DNA of 56,890 bases from Nemertoderma westbladi (taxonomy: Eukaryota; Animalia; Xenacoelomorpha), in contig JAUCBJ010000780.1 of NCBI GenBank assembly GCA_032718475.1, positions 1 to 56,890 on the forward strand, written 5' to 3'. How positions within the stretch are numbered: the first letter of the stretch is position 1; every line of letters begins with the position of its first letter. Under the pieces are notes generated by a model. It worked only from the letters and a program-made list of their open reading frames with translations, had not been told where the DNA came from and did not search any database. The translations under genes and the position numbers were made by a program. Of this stretch, positions 26,430-39,794 are shown piece after piece.

Positions 26430-27427
26430 TTACCAATTAATGGAAATGGTGGCCGGCTATTCGAACCAAAACAATAAAAGATCACTTTTCCAATGAGGGA
26501 AATGAGCAGGTTACAGAGGCGGCCTTTTCTAACCAAAGCAATAAACGGACACACTAAATGAGGATAAGGAGCAGTAACATAGTATGAGTCTGTTTTTATT
26601 TTTATTTCATATTTTGTGCCATATTTCGTCATACCAATTCTATCTGTGTGTTATTGAGGGGCGACAACTGTAAGTGTTCCCTTGTACCTGTTTATACTCG
26701 TGCAATAACCTAGTTGTTTTTTATTACCATATGTTTTTCTCCTCTGTATTAAACATTTGTGATTAAATAATAATAATAATAATAATAACAGAGTCGGGCA
26801 TTTCTAAGCCAAAACAATAAACAATAACATTACAAATTAACGGAAATGAGCAGGTTACAGAAAATGGCTTTTCTAACCAAAACAATAAAAGAATACTTTA
26901 CAAATATGGGAAATGAGCAGATTACAGAGGCGGGACTTTCTAACCAAACAATTGACGATTACTTTTACAAATTGAGGGAAAGGATCAGGTTACAGAGGCA
27001 GGCTTTTCTAACCAAAACAATAAACGGTCACTTTAGCAAATGAGGGAAAGGAGCAGGTTACAGAATATGGCTTTTCTAACCAAAACAATAAAAGGTCACT
27101 TTACCAATGGTGGGAAAGGAGCTTGTTACATAGACGGTATTTTCTAACCAAAACAATAAACGATAACATTAACAATTTATGGAAAGGAGCAGGTTATAGA
27201 AAATGGCTTTGCTAACTAAAACAATAAAAGATCACTTTTACCTATTCAGGGAAAGGTGCAGGTTACATAGACGGTCTTTTCTAACCAGAACAATAAACTA
27301 TTACTTTTACCCTATAAACAATTAACCTTTACTTTTACAAATTGAGGGAAAGGATCAGGTTACAGAAGCAGGCTTTTCTAACCAAAACAATAAACTGTCG
27401 CTTTACCAAATGAGGGAAAGGAGCAGA
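26430..27427. repeat. Degenerate ~63-bp tandem repeat family, interrupted at ~26570-26790
   Basis: GGGAAAGGAGCAGGTTACAGA...TTTTCTAACCAAAACAATAAA repeated about a dozen times. Related single copies at ~180-250 (reverse), ~1048-1105 and ~1617-1690 (reverse). Confidence 0.85.
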
Positions 27428-28386
27428 TTCAGGTGATTTTTGTTGAACAAAATTCAGCAATAAGGATAGACCTGCGGAATTTCGACCATGGCAACTTTCC
27501 AATGGAGCTTCGCCCTGCGACGAATTCCTGAAACCACAAAACTACTTCCGTGCTCCACTGGCAAGTAAAACACAAGGGAAAACTGGTGAGAAAATTCTAG
27601 ATGGTAAAGTGTGTTATAACAAAAACTCGATTTATCTTTTAGACTCTAATCATTCACATTATCTAAAGGTCTCTATGAGGGATGGACGTATCGATTACAC
27701 CAATCGAGTTGACCCAGGTTGAAGACGGAATCTGGAACATCGAGGTCACGATCCAGGGGATGAATTTGGGAATATTCAGGATCGGTGTCCGAGTTGATCG
27801 ATCTCAATACGACACTTACGAGGAGTTGTTCCACGCCATCGCTTACGTCGCGATACAAGCAGCTCTCAAATAGATGGATCCCGAACCACCAACATCGAGC
27901 GGGAATGATTGTTGCACCGACTCCAGATCGGGTCGGGAACTCGACATCCAAGACGTTGCCCATAAACTCGGAACCCTTAAAAAGTTCTCGTTACGAGATC
28001 CAACACTAGAATCGAAACTCTTATGAAACATTCTAACTCCTCCATCGAAAAATATCCACTATCAATCCAAGAAAGTCCAGGATGCTATCCGGAACTATGA
28101 GTCGTCTACTGGTGCCTACAACCACCTGATCCCCATCGATGATAGCGAAAACAAACCGAAACTCGAGGAACATCTGCGACACCTCGACGAGTTCCGGAAC
28201 CAACACACCCAGTGATTATCCAACTCGTCAAGAGGTATGAAGAACAATCACATCGTACACTGTAAACCCGGTTTCCTGCTTTTACCATAAACATCACACG
28301 CAAGTTTTATGTTAAAAATGTGAAATTATCATGTTGAAACAAGTATAATTATATAGTCAGCGTTGGAATAAAATATTTATTGTCTT

Positions 28387-28437
28387 TACTACTACAGTAC
28401 TACTACGTCGAGCGAACTCGGACAGTGGAAATGAGAT
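28387..28437 (-). mobile_element. Very short 3' fragment of the RTE-type LINE in Mox intron 1
   Basis: GTCGAGCGAACTCGGACAGTGGAAATGAGAT is identical to 41470-41500 and is preceded by a TAC-repeat tail. Confidence 0.75.
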
Positions 28438-30149
28438 TGTTAGCGCATTTGACAAAAAATATGTTCTTCAATCTCAATTTCATATCCTGTGACTCTTTTT
28501 TGATTACGCTGAAAACACATGCAGATAAGCTTTAACCGTCTAGTCTGATACAAAGAACGGAATGGCGCTAGTAGACCTTCAACGAAGGGCCGCTCAATGT
28601 ATCGGTTGATTCTACCCCTTTTTCCCTTCATGTATAGATTTGCTCTATATTTCACTTAGTTCAATACGGTATTTGATTATCTATTGTATTTAACTGAGAT
28701 ATGATACCGGAGGGTGTGGCAACACAGTATAACAAGCAAATGACTGACTAATTAATTATGTAAGGACTCAAGTAACTGTGTTTCCCTTTAGAGGAAACGT
28801 ATTGTAACTTGTCTTTGGTCCAATTATATTGATATCGCTACAGTATTCAATTTGTGACAACTCTCAATCTTTGCTTACAATAATGGTCTGAAATATCGCC
28901 ATATATTAATTATTTAGTAAGTCAGAGGTATGACAACACAAATCTGATACAATTGTCCAGATTATCACTGATACTTAATTATAGTGACCCACCTGTTGTG
29001 GCGCGTGTAAAACTTTCTTGATTCCGTAATATCGGCGATATATTAAGCAAATAGTAACAATAAATTGAGTTTACTTAGCAGAATATCAGATATAACAATA
29101 CGTAAATAAAGTTCAATTATTAACAATTAGACTTAGACATTAGACCAGGACATGACCAAGGACATGTAATATTTGCCAGTCATTAAAACCTGACTAGCGC
29201 ATTAAAGCCCTGCATGTGAGGTGTAATTTCACTGCAGCGCAACATGTACACAGTGAGCAAAGCATTTAACCAACCTAGCTTATATATCAAATTAACTGTA
29301 ATAGAATAACACAACCAATGGGGAATTATCATATGTAGGATATGCGTATAATGGAGGTAGGATGTTTAATGTAAATAGGGCGTGAGGAAGCAAATGCTTT
29401 TAAAGCCCGTACACACAATAAATAAAATTAACGGAGACATATGTAAAATATATATATGAAATTGTACTGTACACATAAATAAAATATTGACTGACTGGGT
29501 TAAAACACAGGGTTTTAGGTAAAACTGAACGTAATCGGGACCGCACAAAGTAGTATGATAATAGGCTGGGAAAAAAAGCGTTAGTTCAAATTAGTATTAA
29601 AATTTTTATTAAAATTCCCGGTCAGGATAGTCCATCGGCATGTATATAAGTTTAAAAATTAATCTCAATACCGGGTCCGGGTGTATCAGCTTCATCAGGC
29701 CAAATTATAAAATTATGAACTAGGTATTGTGGTATATAAAGTTAAAAACAAAAACAAAATTAGAGATTTGGGGTATAACAGTGGACAATTAAAGCTATAG
29801 TAAATTATAGAAAAAATGCAATGCAGCAACAGCAACTGAGGTAGTAAAAAATCAAACGATTATTGGGAACATGGTGTAAAATAAATAAATAAATAAAAAT
29901 TATATATAGGTAAAAAGTTCTGTATTAGGTGTTGTCTCCCAAAACAACAAATAACAGTTCAATAAAGATAGTTATATTATATTATATTATCACTGTACAA
30001 TTAGTTAGGATATAGTATAAACTTTAAAAATACATTGCAGCAGCGTATAGTATAAACTTTAAAAATACATTGCAGCAGCGGAGAGGGTAGGGAGAAGTGT
30101 GAATCTGAGAGTGTGTGTTTGTGGGGAGAGGGGGGGGGAGAGTTGATCC

Positions 30150-30590
30150 ACCAGGAAGGGGTGAACTTTAATGGAAGGTTATGGTAATGTTCGTTTAGTC
30201 GGTGTTTAAAAACATTCAGTGACGGCGACGATATGACGGATTCAGATAACGCATTCCACGGTTCTACAACTCGGAAATGGAATGTTGAGTTCCGCTGAAG
30301 TAGACGCGCTCTGGGTTTGGACAGTTTTTTAGAGTGTCCTCTGAGACCATCGCTGGGCGCGAGTGTGAGTACAGCGGAGCAGTCGACATCCTCCATCCCG
30401 GATAGGTAGCGAAATACCTGGATTAGGTCCGCCCTGTGTCGGCGGTATTCCAATGTTGGAAGACCCAATTCTCGCAACCGTGTTGGATACGGTTTGTCTC
30501 GCATACTCCGGACTAACCTCGTTGCACGGCGCTGCACTGACTCTAATAGCCTGATTTCGCCAATGCGATGAGAGTAGGATACGCCTATAA
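30150..30590 (-). mobile_element. CR1-clade LINE 3' fragment (ORF2 C-terminus)
   Basis: LLESVQRRATRLV...YPTRLRELGLPTLEYRRHRADLIQVFRYL...LRGHSKKL...FHFRVVEPWNAL...SLNVFKHRL is the typical CR1 ORF2 end. Confidence 0.88.
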
Positions 30591-31891
30591 TGGCACTAGA
30601 TGGCGTCAAAACCATCAGTAAAGCATGGCTTAACTGAAACAGGCAGTATTATATCGTAACCAACTTTATCATATCCTTCAGGATCCTTACAGTTGTGGGG
30701 CTTGATGGGGGATGGCCACGAAGTCTTCTCATTAGTTCTTCTTCTCCCACTTGTTTTATGTAATCTCCGAGGTTTTTACGGATTGCATCTTCTTGTCCTG
30801 TTTGAGTCTCGGGTTCAGTCTGCGTGTATCCTTCAACATCTCGGGTATCGATCAGGGATGGGTGGTCAGCGCCCAGAACGAAGCGGGTCCTAGTTACAGG
30901 ACCAGATTTGCCCTAGTAAGAGGGTCTATGTAGCCACAGGTGGCACCTCTTCTATGCTTCATGGAGGTGCAAGTTTTCTTGATCAATGACCTAGAATACC
31001 TGACCTGACCTGATATTCTCTATACTGACTCGCCTTTCTCTCAGCCCACCCTGCTTCCCTATCGGCCCGCTCTCTACAATCAATCGCCAACTTCCGTTCT
31101 CTCTCTAAGGAAGCGCTCTTCTCTTCTAGACGCCGTTCCAACTCCTTTTGATCCAATGCAAGCAGGTCTAGCTGACACACCGCATCTAATTCCATCATTC
31201 CATCTTGCTTTTACGGAGGATTTTGTGGACTTTTCGGTAACGAAGGACTTCCGTCGCCCACTAATTTTACTAATTTTGCTGGCCGTTTCGGCCCTACTGA
31301 TGGATGACACCAAATCCTCTGGGTTTACCTTGGGACTGGTGTCGTTCAAACCCGCCCTTCCCACTGATTCTATCCCCCGTGTATCGACCAGATAGGTCCC
31401 TACGTACACTCTATCTACCACTACCACCCCAAATCGCTTTAGTTCAAACAGTTGAGTGGCGACCTCCCGTGCCCTCTGGTTCGCAGGTTCTCCATGCCTA
31501 AATCGGGCTAAATACTGAGTTTATTGGTGAACTTTACTGTTGTTAATTGACTGATGTTAAATATACTGACTGACTACTGTAGTACCAGAAGCATAGCATA
31601 CACTATAAATGGAATGAATGCCAACTGGTTGCACAAAGCGCGTGACCGGTATTATATGGGGAAAATATACTGCCTATAATAGGCTAACACATTTCATTAG
31701 CCACTGGTCGATACAGCTATCTAAAGTGACAGATGCCACACTCCCATTGGTTACCTTTGACTCAACCCAGCTTGTGACAATCCCCATAGTATACTGTACG
31801 TTAATTGAAGGACTACATTGTGTAATATGTAATGTATATTGGTTGGTTAAGGCAAACAGCTGGTTATATACATTTTGAGTTAGTGCCTTAA

Positions 31892-33668
31892 CCCTTTCCG
31901 GCCGACTGTATATTTTTGTATACACTGAATTTATTTCACTACGGATTGCATAATATTAACTAATTATAGTTGGTTTCATCCAATTGTGGCACTATCACAC
32001 TTCCTTTATTTATAAATTACCGATTCTGATTGGATAATTGTAGTAGAAGGCTTCAATGAACGATTTTAGATGCCGTGTTTTCAGGTATTGACATGATGAC
32101 TACCTGGTATAGGAAAGATGGTTATTTAAACGCTTTGGCAAAGCGATATTGAGAATTTTGATTGGGTATTCCAAAGATGGATTGTCCAATGAGATAATAA
32201 TACTTCCAGGATAAACTTTACAGTACATGTAGGCTGGTAGTGTTATTGATAAATCACTGTATACATTTGTCTACGTTAGATTTATAAAGTTGGGGAGTAG
32301 AAGTGGTGCAGCCACAGTTGTGGAGTAGATGTGGTGCAGCACCGTTGGGGAGTAGATATGATTCAGCCACCGTTTGGGTGATGTGGTGCATCCACCATTG
32401 GGGTGTAGGCCTAGATGTGGTGCAGCCACCATAGGGGAGTCGATGTTGACCATTGAGGTTTAGATGTGGCGCAGCCACCATGGGGAGTAGATGTTGACCA
32501 TAGGGTAGTAGAGGTGATGCAGCCACCATTGTGGATAGATGTGGTGCAGTCACCATTGTGGAGTAGATGTGGCGTAGAACCATAGGGGAGTAGATGTTGA
32601 CCATTGGGCCTTGGGAGTAGAAGTGATGCAGCCACTATTGGGGAGTAGATGTGGCGCAGTCATTATTGGGCCTTGGGAGTAGATGTAATGCAGCCACAAT
32701 GGGGAGTAGATGTGGCGGAGTCACCATTGGGGAGTAAATCTAGCACACCCACCATTAGGGAGTAGATGTGATGCAGCCACTATTTGGGAGTAGATGTGGC
32801 GCAGTCACCATTGGGCCTTGGGAGTAGATCTGATGCAGCCACTAATGGGGAGTAGATGTGTCGCAGTCACCATTGGGGAGTAAATCTGGCGCACCCACCA
32901 TTGATAAGTATATGTGGTGCATCCACCATTGGGGAGTAGATGCTGACCATTGATGAGTAGATGTGGTGCAGCCACCATAGTGGAGTAGATGCTGACCATT
33001 GGTGAGTAGATGTGGTGTAGCGACCAATGGAGTAAATGTTGACCATTGGGGAGTAGATGTGGTGTAGCCACCATATGGAGTAGATGTTTACCATTGGGCC
33101 TTGGGAGTAGATGTGATTCAGCCACCATTGGGGAGTAGATGTGGTGCAGCCACCGTTGGGGAGTAGATGTTGTACACCCACAGTATACAGGCAGGGCAGA
33201 TAGACATACAAACAATTGAAAAAAGTCAGTCAATACTGTTTTTTTCAAACTTGAACAAAACTGACAGAAAAAAACCTTCACTGTATAATTCTTCATTTTA
33301 AGTTTGGCAAATTTCACAGTATTGACAGCTTTTTATTACCAAAAAACATAATTTAAATTTTTATAATTAAAATTGCCTGCTCGTTGCATGCTTTGTTTAT
33401 TCTACATATATATATATATAGAGAGAGAGAGAGAATATACGATTTATGTATGTAAGTACTTACAATCTAGAGTTCGTATACAAAAGTATACATTGGGAAC
33501 ATGTTTCATATACCTAACGTATACTTTTGTATGCAATAAAAAAAACAACATTGGAAATAATTTTTTGAAAATTTTTTCATCGAAAATTATTATTTGGTGT
33601 ATAATTAACCCATTAACAAGACCAACCAATTTTTTTTCCTAAATTAAATTAATTCAGGCCGGAAAGGG
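31892..33668. mobile_element. Non-autonomous piggyBac-type DNA element inserted in the 5' LTR
   Basis: 12-bp TIRs CCCTTTCCGGCC / GGCCGGAAAGGG, TTAA on both sides, and a single TTAA at the equivalent site of the 3' LTR. No transposase ORF. Confidence 0.92.
32290..33180. repeat. Degenerate ~20-30-bp repeat array inside the piggyBac-type element
   Basis: GGGGAGTAGATGTGGTGCAGCCACCATT and the shorter GAGTAGATGTTGACCATT units are interspersed. Confidence 0.9.
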
Positions 33669-33820
33669 TTAATATTGGTGAAGTATATTAGTATTATGAT
33701 GAGTATTAGTATTAGGAGTGTATAAGAATTATTGATATATGTTACTTAGTTTTTGATTATAGACATTTTTGGATTGTAGAAAATTACCGAACCAGTGTTT
33801 TATATACTTGAACTGCCACA

Positions 33821-33838
33821 TGGTCCTTCGAACCGGAT
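33821..33838 (+). promoter_or_regulatory. Primer-binding site, tRNA-Tyr
   Basis: TGGTCCTTCGAACCGGAT directly follows the LTR. It is complementary to the animal tRNA-Tyr 3' end (...CCGGCTCGAAGGACCA) with one mismatch. Confidence 0.85.
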
Positions 33839-33890
33839 CTGATGTTTTTTCTGTTGTCGTTATCGTGGGTTGTTGCGGGTATAAGCCAAA

Positions 33891-36800
33891 ATGGTAAAAG
33901 ATAAAGATGACGATGGCGCCGAAGAATTGAGCAGATATTTGAATAAACTCCGAGGTCTGAAGTCATCCATTACAAAGTTAATAAAGAAAGGTGCAAGTTT
34001 AATCGATGACATCGGGACACAAATAACTACAATAGATGAAGGCGTCCCCAAACTACACGCGGTTAGAGATACTCTCAAAGGTAAGACTGTTGAAATTACG
34101 AACATTTACTCCTACATAGAAACTTTGGTTGACGAAAAAGAAATTGAAAACTTAATTGATCAACAGTCAGAAATTACATTGTCTATAAATGAAACTATAT
34201 CACTTATTGAGTATAAGTTACGTAGTTTGGAAACTACCGGTTGTAGTAACATATCTAATGAACGTACTTTAGGAATTAGTTCTAAATTACCGAAGTTAAC
34301 GTTAAAAGAATTTTCTGGAGGACATTTAGAATACGGTGAATGGTGGGATAGTTTTGACTGTGCGGTGCATAGTAATGTAAAAGTTAGCGTTATTGACAAA
34401 TTTAATTATTTGAAATCCTTTTTGACTGGAACTGCCGCAAACTGTGTAAGTGGTTTAGCATTGACAACTGCCAATTACAATGAGGCCATTGACATTTTAC
34501 AATCAAGGTTTGGACATAAACAGCTACGTATTAACGCCCATATGAAGAGAATAATAAATCTACAGGTAGCTTGTATGAAAGTGGACGATTTAAGAAAATT
34601 GTATGATGAAGTCAATATTCAGATTAGAGGACTCTTGACACTTGGTCTATCAAGTGATACATATGGGGCCCTGCTTGTTGCCATCTTAGTGTCAAAATTG
34701 CCGGAAGAAATTATTTTAGAAATTTTGCGTGTTGAGAAGGGCGAAATTTGGGATATAAACGTTGTATTAAAAACATTAAGGGAAGAAGTTGATGCAAGAG
34801 AGATTGCAGCACAACAACAGGAAAAAACAGATGTAAAACAGGCAGCCTGGAAAAGCTTCAATGGTGAAATTGGTACAGCATCGGCATTGTTAGAAAATAG
34901 CAATTCAAGATTTAAACCCGCTGTTGCTAGATATACACGTAGGCCGGATAATTGTGTGTATTGCGACAAAGCACATCGCAGTACTGATTGCGAACAATTC
35001 TATAATATGCAAAGCCGAATTGTGCGGTTGCAGCAATTAAATAAATGTTTTTCTTGTTTGGGGGAGGGACACATTGCTAAGGAATGTGCAAGGAAAATTA
35101 GTTGCATCATCTGCTCAAGGCCACACCATATTTCTCTGTGCAGTAGAGTTTCTGCGCCATTTTATGGAAAAGCCGATGTAAAATATAGAACAAATTATGA
35201 GCGTCAAGGTCCAGGATATAATGTTGGGTTGGTTGAAAACTATCCAATTCCAACGCCACCTAGAGGGGAGATCAAGAATGGTATATATCAAGCCACGACT
35301 AATATATTTGTTAATTCACAAAATACTGTACTACTGGCTAGTGTATTAGTATTTGTTTTCAATCCAACAAGTAACAAAAATATAACAGCTCGCATGTTAT
35401 TTGATGGCGGGGCGCAACAAAGTTATATTACCAACAAATTAAGCCATAAACTAGATCTGAAATCAGATAAAGAAATAACTTTAAAAACTGGCGTATTCAA
35501 CAGTAAGGATAGACGCACCACTCAACACAAGGTTGTGACTGTTGCAGTATCAGATTTAAATAAATCACATATGATGTATCTCACACTTCTTTCTACGGAC
35601 ACTATATGCGCACCACTTGAGCCAATCTCTGTGGACATTTCAGACATCCCTTATTACGACCAATCTCAATTTACTGATGTACCAGCAGGTGAAAGTAGAG
35701 AAGTTGATATATTAATCGGAGGCGATTATATATATCAACTAACAAAAGGCCATAGAACCATAAATGAATCTGGATGCGGTCCAGCCATTATTGAAACTAA
35801 GTTTGGTAGTGCTGTAGCTGGGCCTATAAAAATAAGTAAGGTTAGCGATTCCCATATATTGAATACACATACCCTATTTACATCGGCAGATGATGACGAA
35901 ATAGTTGATACAGTTTTCGAATGTAGTTTGGAAGAAACTTTAAATAAATTTTATGAAACAGACACAAGCGGTTTGAATCCGGATTCACATTTTAACTTAG
36001 ATTTTATTGAACAACCAGAGATGATCAATGGAAGATACGAAATTAAATTACCATGGATTGCATCGCAAAAGGCTAATTTGCCTAATAATTATTACCTAGC
36101 TGGGTGTAGGTACGAAACTCTATTAAAGAAGATGCAAAAACAACCCAAACTACTAGAACAATACCAATATAAAATACAAGAGCAATTAGAAAATGGGATC
36201 ATTGAAAGGGTAGACATCAATTCACAAACAACGAATGCAGTACATTATTTGTCTCATTTTGGGGTAGTTAGAGAAAATAATGAAACCACAAAACTACGTA
36301 TTGTATACAATGCTTCAGCGAAACAATCAAGCGCCCATCTGTCCTTAAATGAGTGTCTCTATAAGGGCCCGGTATTGCTGCCATACATACTACAGGTATT
36401 AATTCGTTTTAGAAGTTTTAAGGTCGCACTTATTGCAGATATTGCACAAGCTTACTTACAAATCAGTGTCAATGAATGCGACAGGGATGTGTTGAGATTT
36501 ATTTGGGCTGATTTTAATAATCAGCCACCAACGCATTTAAGGAAGTATAGTGATATATACCCGGAGATAGTAAAAGATATAGAAGATTCTCTTTACAGCG
36601 ATAACTTAGCAACTGGAGCATTTTATATGTATGATGCAATGCAACGGTATCGATTAATACGAATGATGTTTAAACAGGGTGGATTTGACATGGTAAAATG
36701 GAAAACTAATGATGTTGAACTGCAAGCAATGATTGATTGCTGTGAAGGTTCAGATAATAAAGTTACGAGTAGTGAGTCGCATAAGAGTAGACCTTCAGCT

Positions 36801-39263
36801 GTTACAGAGGTGCTTGGTATTAGATGGGACCTTAACTCAGACTGTTACTTATTTGATTTTCGGGATGTATATTCAACAGCACTCACGTTGCCGTTGATCC
36901 GATGGTCAGTGCTAAAGGTTATGGCACGTATTTTCGATCCAGCAGGTTGGATCGCTCCATTTGTATCTGTTATAAAAATATTATTACGTCAGATTAGTCA
37001 GAAGGCAAAAGGCGATTGGGACAAAGAGCTAGATTCTTGTGAAATTCGAACTTATAAAAGGTGGATAAATGACCTTGTGAAATTTGATTCATTGCGTATA
37101 GACAGATGTTATTCTGTTAACAAACTGATTAGTGGTACTAACATAGAGATAGAAATTCATGGCTTTTGTGATGCCTCACGGCAAGCATTGGGAGCATGTG
37201 TGTATATAAAGGTTTCATCAGTAGAAAAGGTTGAAGTATCACTTATCATGGCCCGAGGAAAATTAGTCCCATTAGATAAATTGTCCTCCAAACGAATTAC
37301 AATTCCTAGATTAGAACTTATGTCGGCAGAAATGTTATCTCGGGTCATAATTCATGCAATTAAACCACTTGAATCTGTTACAAAAGTAGGTAAAATCGTA
37401 TGTTGGACAGACTCGACTATTGTTTGTCATTGGATTAAAAATCCCAATAATTGGGTCAGGTTTATATCCTCAAGAATTGAACGAATCAAATTGCGGTTGC
37501 CAAATGTCCATTATTATCACTGTAATGGAGAAGAAAACCCAGCTGATTTGATAACCAGAGGAAAATATGCAGATAGTCTTATTCAACCTTCCCCAGCCAG
37601 AAATATCTGGTGGTGTGGTCCCGAATGGGTGTCAAATGTGATAGATTATCCTTCGAAAACCATAGAGACAAGAGATATTGAGGAAGAGGCTTTTAAAGAG
37701 TTGAAGAAACCAATAGAAATGCCGTCAGTCTTACTTATCTCAAACGAAGTGCATGATTCAATAATACTTCGTTATAGCAGCTACAATAAGCTGATTCAAG
37801 TAGTGGCATGGATGTACCGTTTTGTCAATAATCTGAAGGCAAGGATAGGGAAGGATACCCCCAAACAATTAGGTGTTTTAACTATTCTGGAAAGAAGCAA
37901 AGCAAGCACTTTATGCTTAAAGGAAGTTCAAGCAGAAATGTATCCTGAAGTTGTTTCACAATTGACGACAAAATGCGACAAAGATGCCTTATGTGAGAAA
38001 CTTAATCAATCAACTTCACTTATACCTAGATGCTGAGGGCTTGATAAGATGCAAAGGCCGCATTGATATGGCATATCAGGTGCCCACAACAGCGAAAGAT
38101 CCAATACTGCTACCGAAAAAACATTATCTGACGACGTTAATCATTAGACAATGTCACGAAACAGAAGTATTACATGCTGGAGTTCGTGATACATTTGTGC
38201 AAATGAGAAACAAGTTTTATATACCCCAGGCCAGACAAATTATTAAGAAACAATTAAATGAATGTGTTATATGTCGCAAACAACAAGCAAAAGCATTCAC
38301 ACCCCCAGATACACCTTGTTTACCCCTGGATAGGGTGAGTGGAAGTCTAGCATTTAATGATGTCGGTGTGGATATAGCGGGGCCAATGTATGTTCGAAAT
38401 AATGAACTGATTGAAAAATGCCATATTCTTCTGATTACATGTATAATTCGTCTAGAGCGGTACATTTTGAATTACAAGAAAGTATAGATGCGGAGTTTAC
38501 TATCCGTGGTTTAGATAGATTCTTTGGTCGCAGGGGATATCCAGCAACAATAACTTCAGATAATGGAAGTAATTTCACAGCCAAGAAAACACAAACCCAT
38601 ATAGCAAATTTAAATATCAAATGGAACTTTATATGTGAACATGCCCCTTGGTGGGGAGGGTACTGGGAGCGACTAGTGCAAAGTGTGAAGAGAGCATTGA
38701 GGAAGTCGATAGGAAACGCATTATTGAATAGCGACGAGTTACATACCTTATTGATAAAAGTTGAGAGTGTAATTAACAGTCGCCCACTAACTTACGTGTA
38801 TTCAGACGAGATTTTGGAACCTCTAACTCCGTCACATTTATTAATCGGAAAGCGACTCACTGAAAGACCTGAAACAGATAATATCAGCAGTAATAATATT
38901 AATGACGAATTTAATGCTGAGAATGTGACTCGACGCACCAAATACAAAGACCAATTGATAGATAAATTCTGGAACATTTGGGCTCGCGAGTATCTGACAA
39001 CTCTTAGACAGCATTACTCTATTCGCCGATATCAGACACGTGAGCCGAGGGTTGGTGAGGTGGTGTTACTGGATGAAACTAATTCTAAGATCAAGAAACC
39101 GCGCCAATTATGGAAGCTAGGGATTATAGTAGAGCTCTTACATGGTCGTGATAATAGTATCAGATCTGTAAAAGTAAAAATTGCAAAAATAGGCAAAAAA
39201 ATCAGCAGTATAATTATCACTCGACCTGTACAAGGACTTATCCCATTAGAAATTGACAACTAG
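33891..39263 (+). pseudogene. BEL/Pao gag-pol polyprotein broken by two frameshifts (33891-38036, 37984-38487, 38418-39263)
   Basis: KLPKLTLKEFSG gag motif and three Cys/His knuckles. Protease LFDGGAQQSYI; RT TTKLRIVYNAS/ADIAQAYLQI; RNase H HGFCDAS, PRLEL, WTDS, NPAD; integrase HAGV..C..C, VDIAGP, SDNGSNF, WWGGYWER. Confidence 0.93.
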
Positions 39264-39527
39264 ATATAACTGTAGGGTTGGTGTCGTGCATCAAATAAGT
39301 AACTGTGACTGTGTAACTATAAGTAAGATATTTTTGCATATAATTATTGATACAGATTTGTATTGTACAGCATTGTCACATTTATGTTTTGTCATTATTG
39401 TAACTATATTGCAGTTATTGGTGGAATGGTATAAGTTGTCGTAATTGCATATTTTGTCGGGGAGTGTGACAATCCCATAGTATACTGTACGTTAATTGAA
39501 AGACTATTTGCATATTTTGTCGGGGTG

Positions 39528-39794
39528 TGTGACAATCCCCATAGTATACTGTACGTAAATTGAAGGACTACATTGTGTAATATGTAATGTATATTGGTTG
39601 GTTAAGGCAAACAGCTGGTTATATACATTTTGAGTTAGTGCCTTAATATTGGTGAAGTATATTAGTATTATGATGAGTATTAGTATTAGGAGTGTATAAG
39701 AATTATTGATATATGTTACTTAGTTTTTGATTATAGACATTTTTGGATTGTAGAAAATTACCGAACCAGTGTTTTATATACTTGAACTGCCACA
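39528..39794 (+). repeat. 3' LTR of the BEL/Pao element
   Basis: Direct repeat of 31773-31891 plus 33673-33820; only one substitution noticed by eye. Confidence 0.95.

Larger units (their letters stand above)
31773..39794 (+). mobile_element. Full-length BEL/Pao LTR retrotransposon (defective)
   Basis: Two 267-bp TG...CA LTRs (31773-33820 minus the insertion; 39528-39794). 5-bp TSD CAGCT at 31768-31772 and 39795-39799. PBS and gag-PR-RT-RH-IN domain order present. Confidence 0.96.

Noticed and set aside
32254-33317. Minus-strand ORFs with HHIYSPMV/GCTTSTP repeats, as a possible transposase
   Set aside because: Derived from the internal repeat array; no DDD transposase motifs.
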